NCBI GenBank assembly: GCA_036172245.1
Contig: JAYWIR010000004.1
Location: 2,108,001-2,172,000, forward strand
DNA from: Raillietiella orientalis
Lineage: Eukaryota
DNA length: 64,000 bases
Reading direction: 5' to 3'
Position numbers and translations under genes: made by a program. Position 1 is the first letter of the stretch, and every line of letters starts with the position of its first letter. The notes under the pieces were generated by a model. It was not told the DNA's origin and did not search any database. It was given only the letters and a program-made list of their open reading frames with translations. Of this stretch, positions 63,101 through 64,000 are shown one piece after another.

Positions 63101-64000
63101 TGCAGTTTCTGAGACTAAAGAAGGCACAGACGGAACATCAGATTGGAATTGACCGCAGGGTATCTCGTTACCGAGCTAAAATTCAAGGGTTTGACAACCG
63201 ATGCAAGACTTTCATATGTAACTGCTTTGAATACGACTGTACCTTCTCCAGTGTCCACTCTTTGGAAAGAAGAATTTCACCAAATAAAAAAAGTTCTAAT
63301 GCTGAAGCAGGCCCCGAATCCCAAACAGCTTACCCTAATGTTGTGACAGATTATATGGACGTTGGGATAGCAGTTCTGCTGAGGTGAATTCTATCGTAAC
63401 CTTGCAATTTCAAGCGATCTGTTACTTTCCTTTGGCACTTGTTTCAAGAAAATAACATCATTCGTATTTACTCTAGTGAGAAACCATAATCCATGAACAC
63501 GAAAATCACTCTTTTCAAGCTACATCATCCTCACTTAAAGAAATCATCTGGAACTGTTTGCTAATTATTTATTACTGTTTTCTAATCCTAAACTACCATC
63601 TCACCTCACATCAGATTCGAAACTGATGATCATCTTGGAAGAGAACACATTTGCCTCTTCTTGGAGAAAAGAATAGTCTTCTGCTACCTCAGGATCGAAA
63701 TCGGAGACGATTCCAAAAACTCATTTCTACAGCCATCTTGGAACCAGGTTTCTAAAGCACTTGAAAAAGTTGCATCTGCAACTTTTTCAAGTGTTAAGAA
63801 CAACAGAAGAATAGAGCTGGATAAAGCCTTGGAACTATATGCATGACATCGAATCGAGAAAGATGATTGATTGCTTAGAGGACTCGGAAATATAAGAAAC
63901 TCTTGAAAGCGTGACTCCCTATACTTTTTGCATATTTTTTGCTTTTTTGCGAAGTATACCTTCTCCCCAATGGTAATATGCAATATGCAAGTAGCAGGTA

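Noticed and set aside
60199..63983. Scattered exon-like pieces and short ORFs at the right end
   Set aside because: No consistent gene model or recognisable domain.

Overview
This is eukaryotic, invertebrate-like DNA with many very short (42-56 nt) introns, not prokaryotic. The dominant structure is a ~14 kb inverted duplication: arm A ~8365-22862 and arm B ~44841-58870, separated by a ~22 kb AT-rich spacer. The arms are almost identical in the centre and increasingly diverged at the outer edge and beside an arm-specific LINE. They coincide with a sharp GC/CpG-rich domain that cuts through a host gene (hand-counted GC3 is about 40-44% in exons 1-2 and 82-92% in exons 5 and 7). This suggests long-running arm-to-arm gene conversion with GC bias (inference). 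Genes reconstructed by hand: the 3' part of a Lifeguard/TMBIM gene; a 7-exon gene for a signal-peptide, C2H2-motif, single-TM protein with a probable GC-AG intron (plus a 5'-truncated copy in arm B); an RNF144-like RBR E3 ligase; a 9-exon pepsin-family protein with both catalytic motifs disrupted and a Thr/Pro/His-rich tail (two of its exons are duplicated in inverted orientation 4 kb away); tRNA-Gly(CCC); and two tentative secreted-protein genes. There are also three or four 5'-truncated Tx1/L1-like LINE remnants and several short fold-back palindromes. Most ORFs in the supplied track within the GC-rich arms are compositional artefacts. Family assignments come from recalled motifs, not database searches.
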